Positions 26,110-39,400 of a stretch of 64,000 nucleotides of DNA are shown here, piece after piece. Source of the DNA: Geosiphon pyriformis uo1 (taxonomy: Eukaryota; Fungi; Glomeromycota); contig JAAOMT010000003.1 of the NCBI GenBank assembly GCA_016748015.1, forward strand, positions 128,373 to 192,372, written 5' to 3'. How positions within the stretch are numbered: position 1 is the stretch's first letter; each line of letters starts with the position of its first letter. The position numbers and the translations under genes are program-made. The notes beneath the pieces were generated by a model. That model did no database searches. It was not told the origin of the DNA and saw nothing but the letters and a program-made list of their open reading frames with translations.

Positions 26110-28010
26110 TTTTATATTTAAAAACTTAATTCAATAAGAATATAATATAACTATAATATTAAATTTTAATAAAACAAAGTAATTAATATGTTATATATTT
26201 ATTTGTTAAATAATTTTTTTTATTATATTGGTTTTAAACAAAAGAACCAATAAAATACTTTTCAATTGTTAAATTTTTATTTTTAATTCGAAATTTTCAA
26301 TTTATACTGCTTGTTTTATTATTAAAAAACGTTTATCTTTAATTTATTTTTTTACATATTTTTAGTTAATTTTTATTAAAAAATAAAAAAATTTACTAGA
26401 ATTTTACTTAAAATCTTATATAAAAAATTTTTATATTATTATTTTGTATTAAGTAATTATTATAAGTTTGTTAATACTTAGTTATTGCATTTTTTTAATA
26501 AAATATTGATTTAAAACTTTATAAATTACATAATATAAAACATTTAAATTATTAGATTTAAGACAAAAATGAAAATACTTTTTTTAAAAATTAACTAAAA
26601 AATAGGTTTTAATTGTTACTTTGAAACAATTAAGATAAATTCACTTTAAAATTTATCAAGTATGTAATAATAAAAAAACAATAATAAATATAATTAAAAA
26701 AATTAATTAACTTATTAATAGCTATAACTTAAAATTATAATACTTTTAAAATAATTATTAAATGAAAAAAAGGTTTATTTTTTTCTTAAAAATAACAAAG
26801 CTAAAAATATTAAATTTAACAAATTTTTTAACATATATAGATTTTATAATAGGTTAAATTATAGACTTTATTTTGGAACTTTTGTATTTTTGTTTCAAAA
26901 ATCAACAGATTGTAATTATATTATAATATCTGAATCAAAAAAAGAACTAAAAATTTTTTTGTTAAGAAGTATAAAGTTATTTAAATTAAAAAAAAATAAG
27001 TTTAATTTTATTATGTATTTTTTAAAGATTGTATAATAAAAAATTTTATTGGCAGAATATTTTATAGTCTATTATTTTAAGCCTTAAAATAAAGTTAAAT
27101 AATAGGATTTTTTATTTTAGCATTAGAAATTATAAGTTAATTTAACAAAAAAAAGATATTTTGAATTTTAGATTTTTTTACAGACTAAAACTATAAAACA
27201 CTCTTTTGCTAAATAATATTAAAATATAAGTTTTAATTGCATATTTGTGTTTTTTTGCTAATTAAAGTTAAAAACTTTAGATAGTATTTTGGTTTTTTAA
27301 TATTGATAATATAAAAAATATTTTTAATAATTATTCAACATAAAAGTTTTAAGAGACTTAAAAAAAATAAAAAATTCTTAAACAAAATATAATCTTAGCT
27401 TAAAATAATAAATTTTTAAAAAACAGATTTCTATTAAACATTAAATCATTTTTTGTATATTTAAAACTATCAGTAACATCATATTTTTGCTTTGTTTCAA
27501 AAATCTCATTTTTGTATTTTAGAAATTTTTTTTTGAATTAAATATAACTGAATCAGTAAATTTAATGTTAATATTACAAAAAACAAATACAAAACTATTA
27601 CCTTAATTAAATGAAAGTTATTAAATATTCAATTCATTTAAAGCTTAATATAATAATTATCTATAAAACAATAAATATCTTGGGATGTTAATAGTTAAAT
27701 TATTATATTAAAAAAACTTTATACAAAAAATACATTAAATATTTTATATTATATGTAAGAAAATCTAATTTCATATACAATTAGACATATTTTTTATACA
27801 AATACATATAAAAGTATTATATATATCTCAAAAATTTCTTATATTTTACAATATATTTTAATATACATTATAGTTTTCTGTATATATTTTATTTATTACA
27901 TGTGTAATCTATAATTTTTTAAACAAATACCAAATACCAAATAAAAATTTTATATTTTTTATATATCTTTAATATATTTGAATAAGGTAAATTTTTTTAT
28001 GCAAAATTTA
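26110..28010. other. Extremely AT-rich island (probable eroded repeat)
   Basis: Very few G/C, almost no CpG, no ORFs. Confidence 0.6.
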
Positions 28011-28012
28011 AT

Positions 28013-28290
28013 ATTAAAATACACCTCTATAAGTGCACGCCTTTGGGGCCAACTATATTTATGCATTTAGAGAGAGTATGAATTTAAAGAATAGCCAAGA
28101 ATTGTTTCACAGTAAATGTAAGCTGTGCACTTTTACATGTTACTAGGGACCAAGCCAATCAAAACAATCTGAAACTTCTAGGTTATTATTATACAATCGT
28201 TATGTGCATGCATTTATAGAGAGTATTCTAGTATACTTGAAACTCAGAATCATTTGCACATGCAGATGTGCACTTAGAGAGGTATCACTG
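28013..28290. mobile_element. Tc1-mariner/pogo-type MITE (~280 bp)
   Basis: Right end GTGCACTTAGAGAGGTATCACTG|TA; left end degenerate ...ACACCTCTATAAGTGCAC; internal repeats ATGCATTTA(G/T)AGAGAGTAT; CAGT terminus with TA flank. Confidence 0.7.
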
Positions 28291-28663
28291 TATATATATA
28301 TTAGTGAAATTGAAGATAAAATATGAATTAAAGTTTACTAGTCATACATTATATTGAAATCTAATCAAAACTAAAGATAAAAATATAGATTAAAAAAATT
28401 TTACAATTTCATAATTTATGTTATCTAAGATTTAATCAGATAAAAACCAATGTATTAACCAATTAGAGGAAAGAATTTCATGTAAAAATCTTTTATAGAG
28501 GTTTTCCGTTACGCAAAATAGTAAAAACCCTTTTGCCAATGACGAAACCCTCTTTCGTTTGCCAAGAGGTTTTTCCGACAGCTCTATTATGCACAGGTAA
28601 GTATACTACTCACGTTCGTGCTTTTTAGAAGAATCAGAATCATTAACGGATTTTATTTCTTAG

Positions 28664-28995
28664 AATCTGGCGCAACTTGAAAGTGCATATCAAACAAATA
28701 AGAAAAAAACGAACTGTGGATCAGCATTTGGGAACGATTATTTCGACTGATTGTATCCACAGGTACGAAGTGGTATTTTATCATGTATACTCCAGATGGT
28801 ATATACTCTACAAGTGGCAGCGAGTACCAAATTAATCTGACGAAATCCGCAGTCAAAGAAAATCCTGAATTACTTTTAAGTTACATGAAAAGGGTAATTG
28901 CTATTATTGTTGGGTTGTTAAAGGATCTGGTTAGTGTTGATAATTCTCCGGCTAGCAAGAGTGCTAGAATTAAAAAACCTTATCAAAAAGTTACA
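28664..28995 (+). pseudogene. Crinkler (CRN)/REase-family C-terminal exon relic
   Basis: NLAQLESAYQTNKKKRTVD-AFGNDYFD-IVSTGTKWYFIMYTPDGIYSTSGSEYQINLTK...KRVIAIIVGLLKDLVSVDNSPASKSARIKK with frameshifts; typical of the C-terminus of AM-fungal CRN-like proteins. Confidence 0.72.
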
Positions 28996-29501
28996 GGTAT
29001 CGAAACAGATAGGTGTTGTTTACTTTCGGACAAAGTCCCGATTTTTTGCGTAGTGAGGCACACGCTACCATTGTATTTGATAAAAGTGATCAGCGTTACA
29101 AATTGTAACGCGCACGTGATTTTTAATTTTTTAATATTTAGTGTTATTCAATCATGACATCGGAGCTTGAATTATTTGAAGCTGAGAATGCCGAGATTCC
29201 TGAACTTAACAAGAAGTTGATAAAGTTTACCGATTGAGATTGAGATGGTGAGCTTAAGGCTGATATACACGTTTACCGACAAGTTTTCCGGGATATTTAG
29301 ATGTGGTTGTGAATTCTGCTTAACAACATAGCCGAAATTATTCAATTCAGCTCTTTCTTCATTCAAAAAGAAATTATAATAGGAACGCCAGCCGAAATTG
29401 TTTCGGGGGATTGCAGCCACATTTTTATTCTCATAAAAAGAGGTCATGTTTTATTCTGATAAATTTCAAATTATCGTTAACTTCAAAGGATGAAAGAAAC
29501 C

Positions 29502-29978
29502 ATGAGACGAAATTTTTATTTTGTAGTTATTTTATTAGTTACGATCTCAATGATCAATCCTATTCCACTAGATTTCTATACTTCAGCATCTCCTTCTACC
29601 TCACAATCATTTACTCCTTTGTTTGAACCATGCAATGGTGTTCCTCGGCCCGATTTTATCACTGTAACAACCGAACCTGAAACTTTCGCTGGTGGAGAAA
29701 AAATAAAAATTACTGCTAAGGGAATCGCAGATAAAATTATCAGCTCAGCCACGCTTTATGCTGGATTTTCCGATGCTAAAAATGATGACATAGGTTCTAT
29801 TTCTAAAAATCTTTGTCATCATTTGGAAGGAGGACAAAGTTGTCCGATTGCACCAAGAATAAAATTCAGTGTATCAACACACGTAAGAGCACCACGCTCT
29901 ATTATTGGTACCGCTTTTGTTATTAGTATTGTAGAAGGATCCAAACAATTATTCTGTGCAATAGCTCGTTTGGATTAA
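29502..29978 (+). CDS. Secreted ML (MD-2/NPC2-like lipid-recognition) domain protein
   Basis: Signal peptide MRRNFYFVVILLVTISMINP; FEPC, VTTEPETFAGGEKIKITAKG, NLC...SCPI, LFCA with four Cys; intronless. Confidence 0.88.
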   Translation: MRRNFYFVVILLVTISMINPIPLDFYTSASPSTSQSFTPLFEPCNGVPRPDFITVTTEPETFAGGEKIKITAKGIADKIISSATLYAGFSDAKNDDIGSISKNLCHHLEGGQSCPIAPRIKFSVSTHVRAPRSIIGTAFVISIVEGSKQLFCAIARLD

Positions 29979-31099
29979 ACATAAGAATTTTTAAATGGTT
30001 GAGGGAGTTCGTTTACAATAAGCTTAGTTTGAGTTTTTCCATTCATTAAAAGTCGTCAGATTCATTTTAATAATTTCATTTCTCTTGTTATTTGTTTGTT
30101 TTATTTTTCTCTTATTCCCTTAAATTTATTGTTTGCATCATCTAAAAGTGATATATTCGTAATTTTTATGGGCTCATACACATTGCGAGATTATTTGGAG
30201 TGACCACTTTGGTTTTTAGTAATGCGTGAAATGGGATCTTTATGCATTCATTTTACGTGTTACCAATTATTAATACAAAATAATAATACCTGCTTTCCAC
30301 TCGGTTTTAAAAAAATTTAATAAAACTATTGAACATGGTTTCTTTCTTTTTCAATGAAAGAAAAAGACAAGAAATCTGAAAATCCGGGGCTTTTTTTGGA
30401 TCTTTCAAATTATTCTCAAGCCGACCATTTTTCGAGTTTAAATTTTCTAATGGGACAAATGCTAAAGCTATTATATCACAATACAATTGTATTATAAATC
30501 TATATTACTTTTCAATGCTGTCTAATAAAAAAAATTTTAGATTAAGAAATATACAGTACCAACTTTTCATCTTTCTAGTCTCCTTAACACACAAATAGAT
30601 CAATTGCTCTAGTAATTGACATTTTTGTAACAAAGTATATACGTCATCTGATATAAAAAGCAAAAAGGATAAAAAATAAGTAATTAAAAGTGATTTTGCT
30701 TAATGTTGACATAAGAAAGGAACATAAACAACAGATGAAACAAAACAGAATGTCTGTAGACTTGTTCACTAAAATTTTAATATTCTGGATAATATTATAT
30801 AAAAGACAGCCAAATGTTTAATTTTGCTAAGAACAATATAAATTCATTATGCTTTATTAAAATTACTCATATTTTTTTATACAACATTTATATTGTTTGG
30901 ATAATATTTTATTAATTGTTAGAGTCTTTTAAATTGAATTTCTTAAATGTAACTTTGTTTAAATATATCTTAAAAATGTATAATTTGTGGTATTACATGT
31001 TTGTTTTATTAATATGTTCAATTTACATAATTTACCAAGTATTTACTTTACATGTATTATCTATAATGATAACTAAGATTTTATATTGTGTTTTAATCT

Positions 31100-32700
31100 T
31101 CAAGAATTATGTATAAATCAACAAAATTTCTAAAAAATAATAAATTTAAAAGGCGAAATAAGCTGACTAATTTTTATTTATAACTGAATAAATAATACTA
31201 TTTAATTTTAAAATATTACTTTAATTTTTAATTGTATTTATCTTTTTTTTTAATATTTTTACCTATTTTTGAAGATATTTACCAAACTCAATTTCTGAAA
31301 TATAAGATAAATTATTCTTTTTATTCTTTGTTTTTGTAGATTGTAGATTGTTATTTTTTTTCTTTGAAATTTTATCCATTATTATATTTATAATTTTATT
31401 TGTTATTTTATTTAATAACTTAGTATTATTATTATTATTAAAAATCATTTGAATTAAAATAGTTTTAAAAAAATCAATGATATTTGTAAGTTATATTAGT
31501 TTGTAGTTTGCTTATATTAAATGCTTTTAATGTTAAAAATATATAACTGGTTATTAAAACAATTACTTATTGCCAAATAATTATGTTAATTTGTTTAAAT
31601 AAAATTCATACAACTTTATAATTGTTTAATTAAAACAGTATTATAAATACCAAAAATTTTATATTTTATTAATTTCAACTTATTAGTTAAATTATTAATA
31701 TAATTTTAATAAGTCAAAACATTATTTTTAAATTAATAATAAGTTGTAATATTAAAAGATATTTTTTTAAATAAAAATTATTAAACTTGCAAATAATACA
31801 CTTTGGTTTTTTTTGTCTGTTCATATATAATAATAATAACTTAATTAATTTTTAAAAGTAAAATATTTAATATTAAAAACCATAAATCAAAATTGATTTA
31901 TTTTATATATAAGATAAAAAATTATAAAAAACAATAAAATTAGTTACTTTTATCTATTTAAGTATTATTTAAGTTTTTTTATTAGTTATATTACAAAAAT
32001 ATTATCATAATATAATATTTAAAATAACTTTAATTAAATAAGTTTTATCTTATTAAAATATATTAAATAACATATACCACAAAGTAAAAAGCTTAACTAA
32101 ATATTTAATTTGATTTTAAAATAGATTAAATTTGATAATTTTATAGATTTCTTAATAAATATAATTGTTTTCTGGCTAATATCGAGATTTATTAAAAGAT
32201 AACAAAAATTTTATAGCTAAAATCCAAAAAAATACAATTATAACAGCTTATAAAAATAAAATATAATTTTATAAACTTACTTTAAATGTTTTTTGTGTAC
32301 ACAAAAGAGTAATATATATATAAAATAAACTGTTTTATTTGATTTTTCAACTGTTAAAATTGTATAAATTTTGTAATAAGTTTTAAATTGTTTATTGTAT
32401 AATTAACTAACAAAAAATTGGTTATTGGTATTCTAAAAATATGTAATAACTTTAAATTCTTGGTTAATAATTTTTTTCAATAATATTAATTTTTTAATAA
32501 TATTTATATTATAAAAATTAAAAATTATTATATATTTAAATATAAATATAAATAATATGTAATTGTATACTTATTTTATAGCTGTATAAACATTAATACT
32601 ATTTGTAATAATAAAAACAACTTTGATATTTATTGTTTTTAATTCAGTAATCATACTTTTGTTTTTATTTATAACTTTTTAATGTCTTTTATATTTAGAG
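31100..32700. other. Extremely AT-rich island (probable eroded repeat)
   Basis: Very few G/C; only spurious Asn/Lys/Ile-rich ORFs. Confidence 0.6.
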
Positions 32701-33640
32701 CTAATATAAGCTTTTTAAACATAGGGTTTTTTTAGATAACAATATAATAATTTTCAAAAAATATTTATTCTTAACATTTGTCCATCTATTATATACTTAT
32801 TGGATCTTTTTTCAAAGCAATTTTCATAGATTTATAAGTATCATTAACAACTTTATTCATTTAATTTTTGATGATTAAAAAGTATAAAAAGAGGATTCAA
32901 AAATTTAAAACATTGTTTTGCTTAAAATTATTGACCCAAAACAAAAATCATCCACAAAAAGCTGTTATTTAAAGCAAAAGTTTGTTAAATTGTTTTTTGA
33001 TCTTTATTGTCAATGGCTGGACAATATAATTATTTATTGGATCATAAGATTCTGAATGGACTATTACTTTTTAGGATGAAAGTGAAAAAATATAATACAC
33101 TTAAGGTAAGTCTTTAATTATTAATAACATTTTATTCATATTCAAATTGGTTTATTTGTAGATGATAAAACTATTACTAGCTCATCTATTTTTGCTCGTT
33201 CTTCAGCTTACATTTTTTTAAATGTTGTATAATACGATCTTTTTTGTTAGGAAAAAATTTTTTTTTCTTTCTGGTTTTCCTAAAACATCGATACAACATT
33301 TGCAAAAGGGTTTTAAATATTGGTTTTTACTATATTTTTATTTGATAAAAGAGGTAAAGGTGGCATGATTAGGGTTTTAGTAGCTCAGATCAAGGACATA
33401 AATAAAAAATGGATTTCGCTGGTTTGAAGTTACACACGCAACAATTTATAATTGGACAAAAAAATTTTTTTCGCATTGTAAATCTTTCGCTAATAATAAA
33501 ATAGCATAGCACACGTTAACAGCCTTCAAGAGTAAAATGAAGCTTGACAAAATTATCTTGGGTGACTTAATTGAATCAGGTAATTAGTACTATTAGGTGT
33601 AAAATATCAGTCTGCTCACTATACTCACTTATTGACTTAA

Positions 33641-35508
33641 ATGTCAGAATACTGGACATAAATCCAAAACCCATCCTTACTTTCATATCTAACACACATA
33701 AATTGTGAAAAATCTACCCAAATTTTAGAAAAAGAAAAACTCCATTCAGAATTTATTTCTGAATTAATAAAAATTTCAAAGCATTATGAATACAATGGTA
33801 AGCTGCATAAAACAGCAGTTAATGCTTTACGGGAAGTTACTGTGAGTTTGAAGAGTTAGCGGTCATCCTGTTTGCGATCCTCATGCTGCGGCACCCGCGA
33901 GACCACTCAGGAAAAAACTACAAATGTTATACTGCTTGCATGATATTCCATCAGCTAGTTTGCTGGTTTCGGCTGGCAATATGAAAGGTTTCGTCTCTGC
34001 TGATGGACATTCTGGAAATGCACATTTGTTGTCCTGTTTGCGATCCTCCATGCTACAGCAACTGCGAGAGCCACCATTCAGGAAAAAACTACAAATGCTA
34101 TACTGCTTGTATGATATTCCATCAGCTTCAGCTCTGCTGATGAAATACCACTAACCCCTATCATTTAGATTGATTATTCTAAAATTATTTTTTATTATAA
34201 TAGGTTGACAAGAAATCAAAAGATGTGCAGAAGTTCTGGGAGCTATGAGCAAAATATGAAACTTCAAAAAAAGCGGAAATTTGTTGAGGTAAGATATTAA
34301 ATCTTAATCATTATATTTATTTATTTGATGTTAACTTGAATTTTACTTAAATTTTAGGCAGAAGACAATATCGAATATCTACAAATGGGTAACAAAAGTT
34401 TACATGTTGTGCATAAATCACAAGTGTCTCTTTTGACAGCTTCAGGGAAACGACAAGCCGGGTAAAATGTTTTTTTTAATGAAGTTTTACGATTTTCTAG
34501 TTTAATAATAAAATGAAATATATTTGATCATAGTGAAGAAAGGCTAGAAGAAGATATTTTTGAAGGTCAGTTTAATTCAAAATAGCTAAGATTGTTGAGA
34601 TGTTACTTTTATTTACTAATTTAAAAAATTTACTTTGTTTTAGAAAACCCGTTTTTAACAAAAAATAGCCCTTCTAGTCCTTCGCCAGTTTTACAATCAC
34701 CACCATTTCAAGATAATGAAGCAGATACAGTGACTGAAATTACGTCGTTTGATTGTCCAATCATAATTAATGATGTGGAGGAATTGCAATTGGAACCTTT
34801 ACCTCGACAAGGATCTCGATGGGTTATAAATAAAATTGATACTTCAGAAAAATGGTATCAATTCAAAGAGAAATCATTAAAGTTAGCGATGACAAAAGGG
34901 CTTTTTGTAAAGAGTCACGTGCCGCAAATATTGTAAGTATTTTAATTTTTTTAATTTGTTAAGTAATTATAAAGTCTAATTGTATTTACTTTATTTTATA
35001 GGTCAGTGTCGCACATTCTTTTATTAAAACCAAGAAAATATTGTCCATTAATGGTTGAAATTTTTGGTCTAAAGAAATTTTGCAGAAATTTACTGAACAA
35101 GAAGCAGAATTTAATTCTGAAATTTTAACAAAGCTTACACCAATTGTTAAGGTATTATTTATTTTATTTAAAATTAAGGTTTTTTTATAATAATAATTTT
35201 TTTTTTTTTACAGCGATTGCAGCAGGGCAAGATTACAAGAAATACTGCAATAGAAGAGCTTCAAACGTTTACAATTGGTTGTTCTTATGGAGAAATGTCC
35301 ATTTTAAAAGCCATTAAAAATATGTAAGATTGTATTGAATTATGAAACAAAAAGTTTTTATATCATATAACCTTTTTTATTTCTATTATTAGCATAGAAA
35401 AAGTTCCTGAATTTACGTCGAAAAGTTCAGTTGGGGAATTTGAACTTTGTAATACATATATCGATCCAGTTTTGAATTCAATTGTCGCAGATCCAGATCG
35501 TGATGTCT
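33641..35508 (+). pseudogene. Multi-exon PD-(D/E)xK nuclease (CR-REase-like) gene, copy 2, with its 5' half; runs into the gap
   Basis: Exon 1 MSEYWT*IQNPSLLSYL...ALREVT|GTGAGT; exon 2 VDKKSKDVQKFWEL*; later exons match copy 1; TAA at 33659, TGA stops and a 22-bp deletion near 35070. Confidence 0.78.
33866..34147 (+). ncRNA. Candidate structured RNA, tandem pair (period ~166 nt), in intron 1 of the nuclease gene
   Basis: Two copies of TCCTGTTTGCGATCCTC...CAGGAAAAAACTACAAATG...TTCCATCAGC; several nested stems and a UUCG-capped hairpin; GC-rich relative to other introns. Confidence 0.5.
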
Positions 35509-36359
35509 NNNNNNNNNNNNNNNNNNNNNNNNNNNNNNNNNNNNNNNNNNNNNNNNNNNNNNNNNNNNNNNNNNNNNNNNNNNNNNNNNNNNNNNNNNNN
35601 NNNNNNNNNNNNNNNNNNNNNNNNNNNNNNNNNNNNNNNNNNNNNNNNNNNNNNNNNNNNNNNNNNNNNNNNNNNNNNNNNNNNNNNNNNNNNNNNNNNN
35701 NNNNNNNNNNNNNNNNNNNNNNNNNNNNNNNNNNNNNNNNNNNNNNNNNNNNNNNNNNNNNNNNNNNNNNNNNNNNNNNNNNNNNNNNNNNNNNNNNNNN
35801 NNNNNNNNNNNNNNNNNNNNNNNNNNNNNNNNNNNNNNNNNNNNNNNNNNNNNNNNNNNNNNNNNNNNNNNNNNNNNNNNNNNNNNNNNNNNNNNNNNNN
35901 NNNNNNNNNNNNNNNNNNNNNNNNNNNNNNNNNNNNNNNNNNNNNNNNNNNNNNNNNNNNNNNNNNNNNNNNNNNNNNNNNNNNNNNNNNNNNNNNNNNN
36001 NNNNNNNNNNNNNNNNNNNNNNNNNNNTTGAACATTTAAGTTTTGTAAATTTACTTTGAAAACCAGAAAAAATAATTTTATGATTTAAAGCCAAGTAATT
36101 TAAACTTTGGGATTTATAAAAATATTTTCATCATATTTGGTTTTTCTTAAAGTAATAATTTTATAAAATTAATAAATAAATAAGAGTCAAGTTAACTACA
36201 ACTGAATATTAAGAGTAAATAATCTGTTATTAAGTCAAATAATTAATAATAAAAAGCTATATATTGTTTTTTTATAAAAAAGAATTCATTGAAAACATTA
36301 AATTAAATAGTATTAATTTATTAAATACTTATTAGTATTAGTTTTGTTTAGTAAAACAA
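34712..36359 (+). repeat. Right arm of ~2-kb inverted duplication (contains N gap 35509-36027)
   Basis: Reverse complement of 24131-26104. Confidence 0.92.
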
Positions 36360-36499
36360 TTAAAAAAAATGTTTTGGATTTAGACAGACAATGTTTGATA
36401 TGTATTTATATTTAAAAATAGACTTTTATCTCTTGGCCTGCTTTTTTTGGTGATAAAACTTTAACTTAAGTAGCTGGTAGCATTTTATCTTTTCTTCTT

Positions 36500-39400
36500 T
36501 ATTTTGATGCTTTTTTGGATTCTGGTTTTTTTTGGTTGTTAAATTTCTTTCATTAATGTTTAATGTAATTAAATTAAGATTTGCTAATTTGAAATATAGT
36601 TTCATTGATCTTGTAAAACAAATTTAATAAGTTGGTAAAAAGATTGAATACATTTATGCCATAATTTTTCAGTATTGTCTTGGATGTAAATTATTAATAA
36701 CTATCTTTTGCAAAATTAAGTAAATAATATAACAATAAAAAAAATTTAAATACAATTATTAACAACAAAATTGCTTTAATTTGTGGTTTTTGGATTTTTA
36801 AAACATAATTAGGTTGGAATTAAACATACAGAGTTTATTAAATACAGTTATAAGTTTAATTATTAAGATTAATAATTTTAAAATAACAACAGATTTAAAT
36901 GTTTTCTTCTCAATAACTAATTTTATTTGAAAAATTGCCACATATAATATAAAAAATATAAATTTTTTTGTAAAACAAAATAATATTGTATATTGATATT
37001 TGAATATTAATAATATAGTTTCAATTATTATTTAAATTAAGCTTAAAAATAGTATTAAGTTATAGATTATAAACAAATTTGATAAAATTTAGATCTTTAT
37101 GTTTGGTTTAAATTTAGGTTTTATGAATTTTAAGATTTCTTTAATTATAAACAATTATATAATTAATCATGTTTTAAAAGTTTTGAAAATTTTTGGTTGG
37201 CTTTTTTAATTTAATTACTTTTTAAAAATAATTTATTTATTATATTTATTAGTTTATATATTAATATATCTTTTAAAATTTGATTTAGTTAAGTTTTTAA
37301 AATTGATTTTATATTATATAAGCTATTAACAACAATATATTCGTGACTTTTGATATTAGTTTTAACAAAAATAATATATATTACAGTATTAGTCTAAAGA
37401 AATGTGTTAATTTAAGATTGTTTAACTTTTTTGCCAGTTGTTTGATAATAAAAAGAAAATTTAAAAGAGATATATAAAATGATTGATTATATTTTTATTA
37501 ATAGTTTCTTAATTATTGCTATTACTAATCAAAATTTATATAAAATATCTGAATTTTTTGATATTAATTATATTGCTGTTTTTGTTTTTATTGGTTTAAA
37601 TAAATTATTAAACATATATATTTTTATATTATATAAGTTTGTTAATAAAATCGATAAAAATATAAGATCAAAAATATTTTATTAAATAAAAATATTTTAA
37701 AAACTTTTTTTCTCTTTTGGTTATTATAACTGATTTTTTGGTAAATTTTAATTTATATAATAATTTTGATAATATCTAAAATTGTCAAAAAATTAAAAAA
37801 AAATTGAGTATTAAGCTTAAATACTATATAATTGTTTGGTTGTTTGTTAATAAAAATAAAATATTTATAATTAAAAATATGTTAATTGCTAAATTAAATA
37901 TAATTAATATATATTTAGCTTAATATTTTTCAATTACTTTATAATAATTTGATCTATTTTAATACAAGCAAAAATTACTTGGAGTTTTAAAATACATTAA
38001 CTAATAAAATTATTTTTTTTAATAAATATAACAATATAAGAGAAACTGAATTTTTAAGTTATAGTTTTATTAATACTAAAAATTTTTTTAAATTAAAAAT
38101 AAATTATAATAGTCTAAAAATCAATTAGCAAAAGCAATACCAAATTTTTTAAGAATTTTATTATTATATAATATCTTAAAAAATCAAAAATATTTAAAAT
38201 TGAAATCTTATTTCTGAAATAAAAGACATTCAACAGATTATTTGTTAAAAATAATTCGCAATTCAAAAATATGTTAGTTATATTAAACAAAAAATAATTT
38301 ACAAGATTAATTAACAATTTAACAGAAAATCACAATAGATATTATAATATTTAATTTATAATTTGTAAATTCAATGCTTTATAATTAAAAAGTCTTTTAA
38401 AAATCCTTTTTATATTAGTGTAAACAACTATACTAACTATTTTTTCTTTAATTAAATTTGTTGTTACCAATAGAAATTTGAGCTATTAATTAACATGAAA
38501 TTATTATTATAATTCTTACTATTAATTAGCATATATTATTAGTCAAATTATTACTCATTATCTTATCAAATTATCCAAATTATTATTTAATTAATAATTT
38601 GATTTGTATATAATACAAATATAACTATATTGTAATAATTAAATTATAAAATATTTCGAACTATATAAAATTTAAAAATTTGATAAAATAGTATTAGAAC
38701 AAGTTATATAAAAGAAGAGCTTTTTTTTTCAAAAAAAAAAATCATTATTTAAATTTAATATAACAATTAATTACCACAATTCAATTTAATAAAAACTTAT
38801 CTTAAAAACCCAAAAATTTTTAATTGTTAATTTTGCAGAAATAACCAAATTAAAACTAATATTTGAAATTAATTAGCTATCAATTTTAATAACTGTTAAT
38901 ATTTTTTTTCTTTAGTTTATTTCAAATTTTTTTTTAATTTTTATATTATTGAATAGCTTACAATCAAAACTTGTAGAAAAATTGACTTTTACAGCAAAAT
39001 AATTAAATATTATTAAGGAACTTATACAAAATTTTTGTAAAAAAGTTAACTTTTATTGTAAAGTAACTACATAAAGTAATTGGTATAGAATTGGTTATTC
39101 TATTATAAGCCTAATAATAAATATAGTCTAAAGTACAAAAAATACTTTGGAAAAGAAATTAGTTTACTAAAAATTCACCAACTTTTATCAACAACAGAAT
39201 TAATAACAAAACTGTATTAATAATATTAAGAAATACAAACAAAAAATCTTTAGTTATATTGTTTAAAAGTTTTGAAATTGTATAACAAAGAATAATAAAT
39301 TGTTTTATTAAAAAAATTCTTAAACAAATTATTTTTAGATTCCAACTCATGTCTAATTGTTAAATTTTATTTTATATAGACACTTCTATAAATAAAACTG

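Noticed and set aside
29172-29447. 91-aa minus-strand ORF head-to-head with the ML gene
   Set aside because: No recognisable domain; overlaps the likely ML promoter; unsupported
33013-33110. Possible extra CR-type header exon (MAGQYNYLLDHK..EWTITF, GTAAG donor)
   Set aside because: Too short and frameshifted to assign
34022-34100. GTCCTGTTT resembles the hairpin-ribozyme substrate; CTGATGA at 34137 resembles a hammerhead core
   Set aside because: No AGAA loop A or loop B; CTGATGA lies inside a stem with no stem II/GAAA arrangement
33924-34154. 76-aa ORF with internal repeat
   Set aside because: Lies inside the predicted intron and reflects the tandem unit
35363-36094. Long ORFs of 185-243 aa
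   Set aside because: They span the N gap
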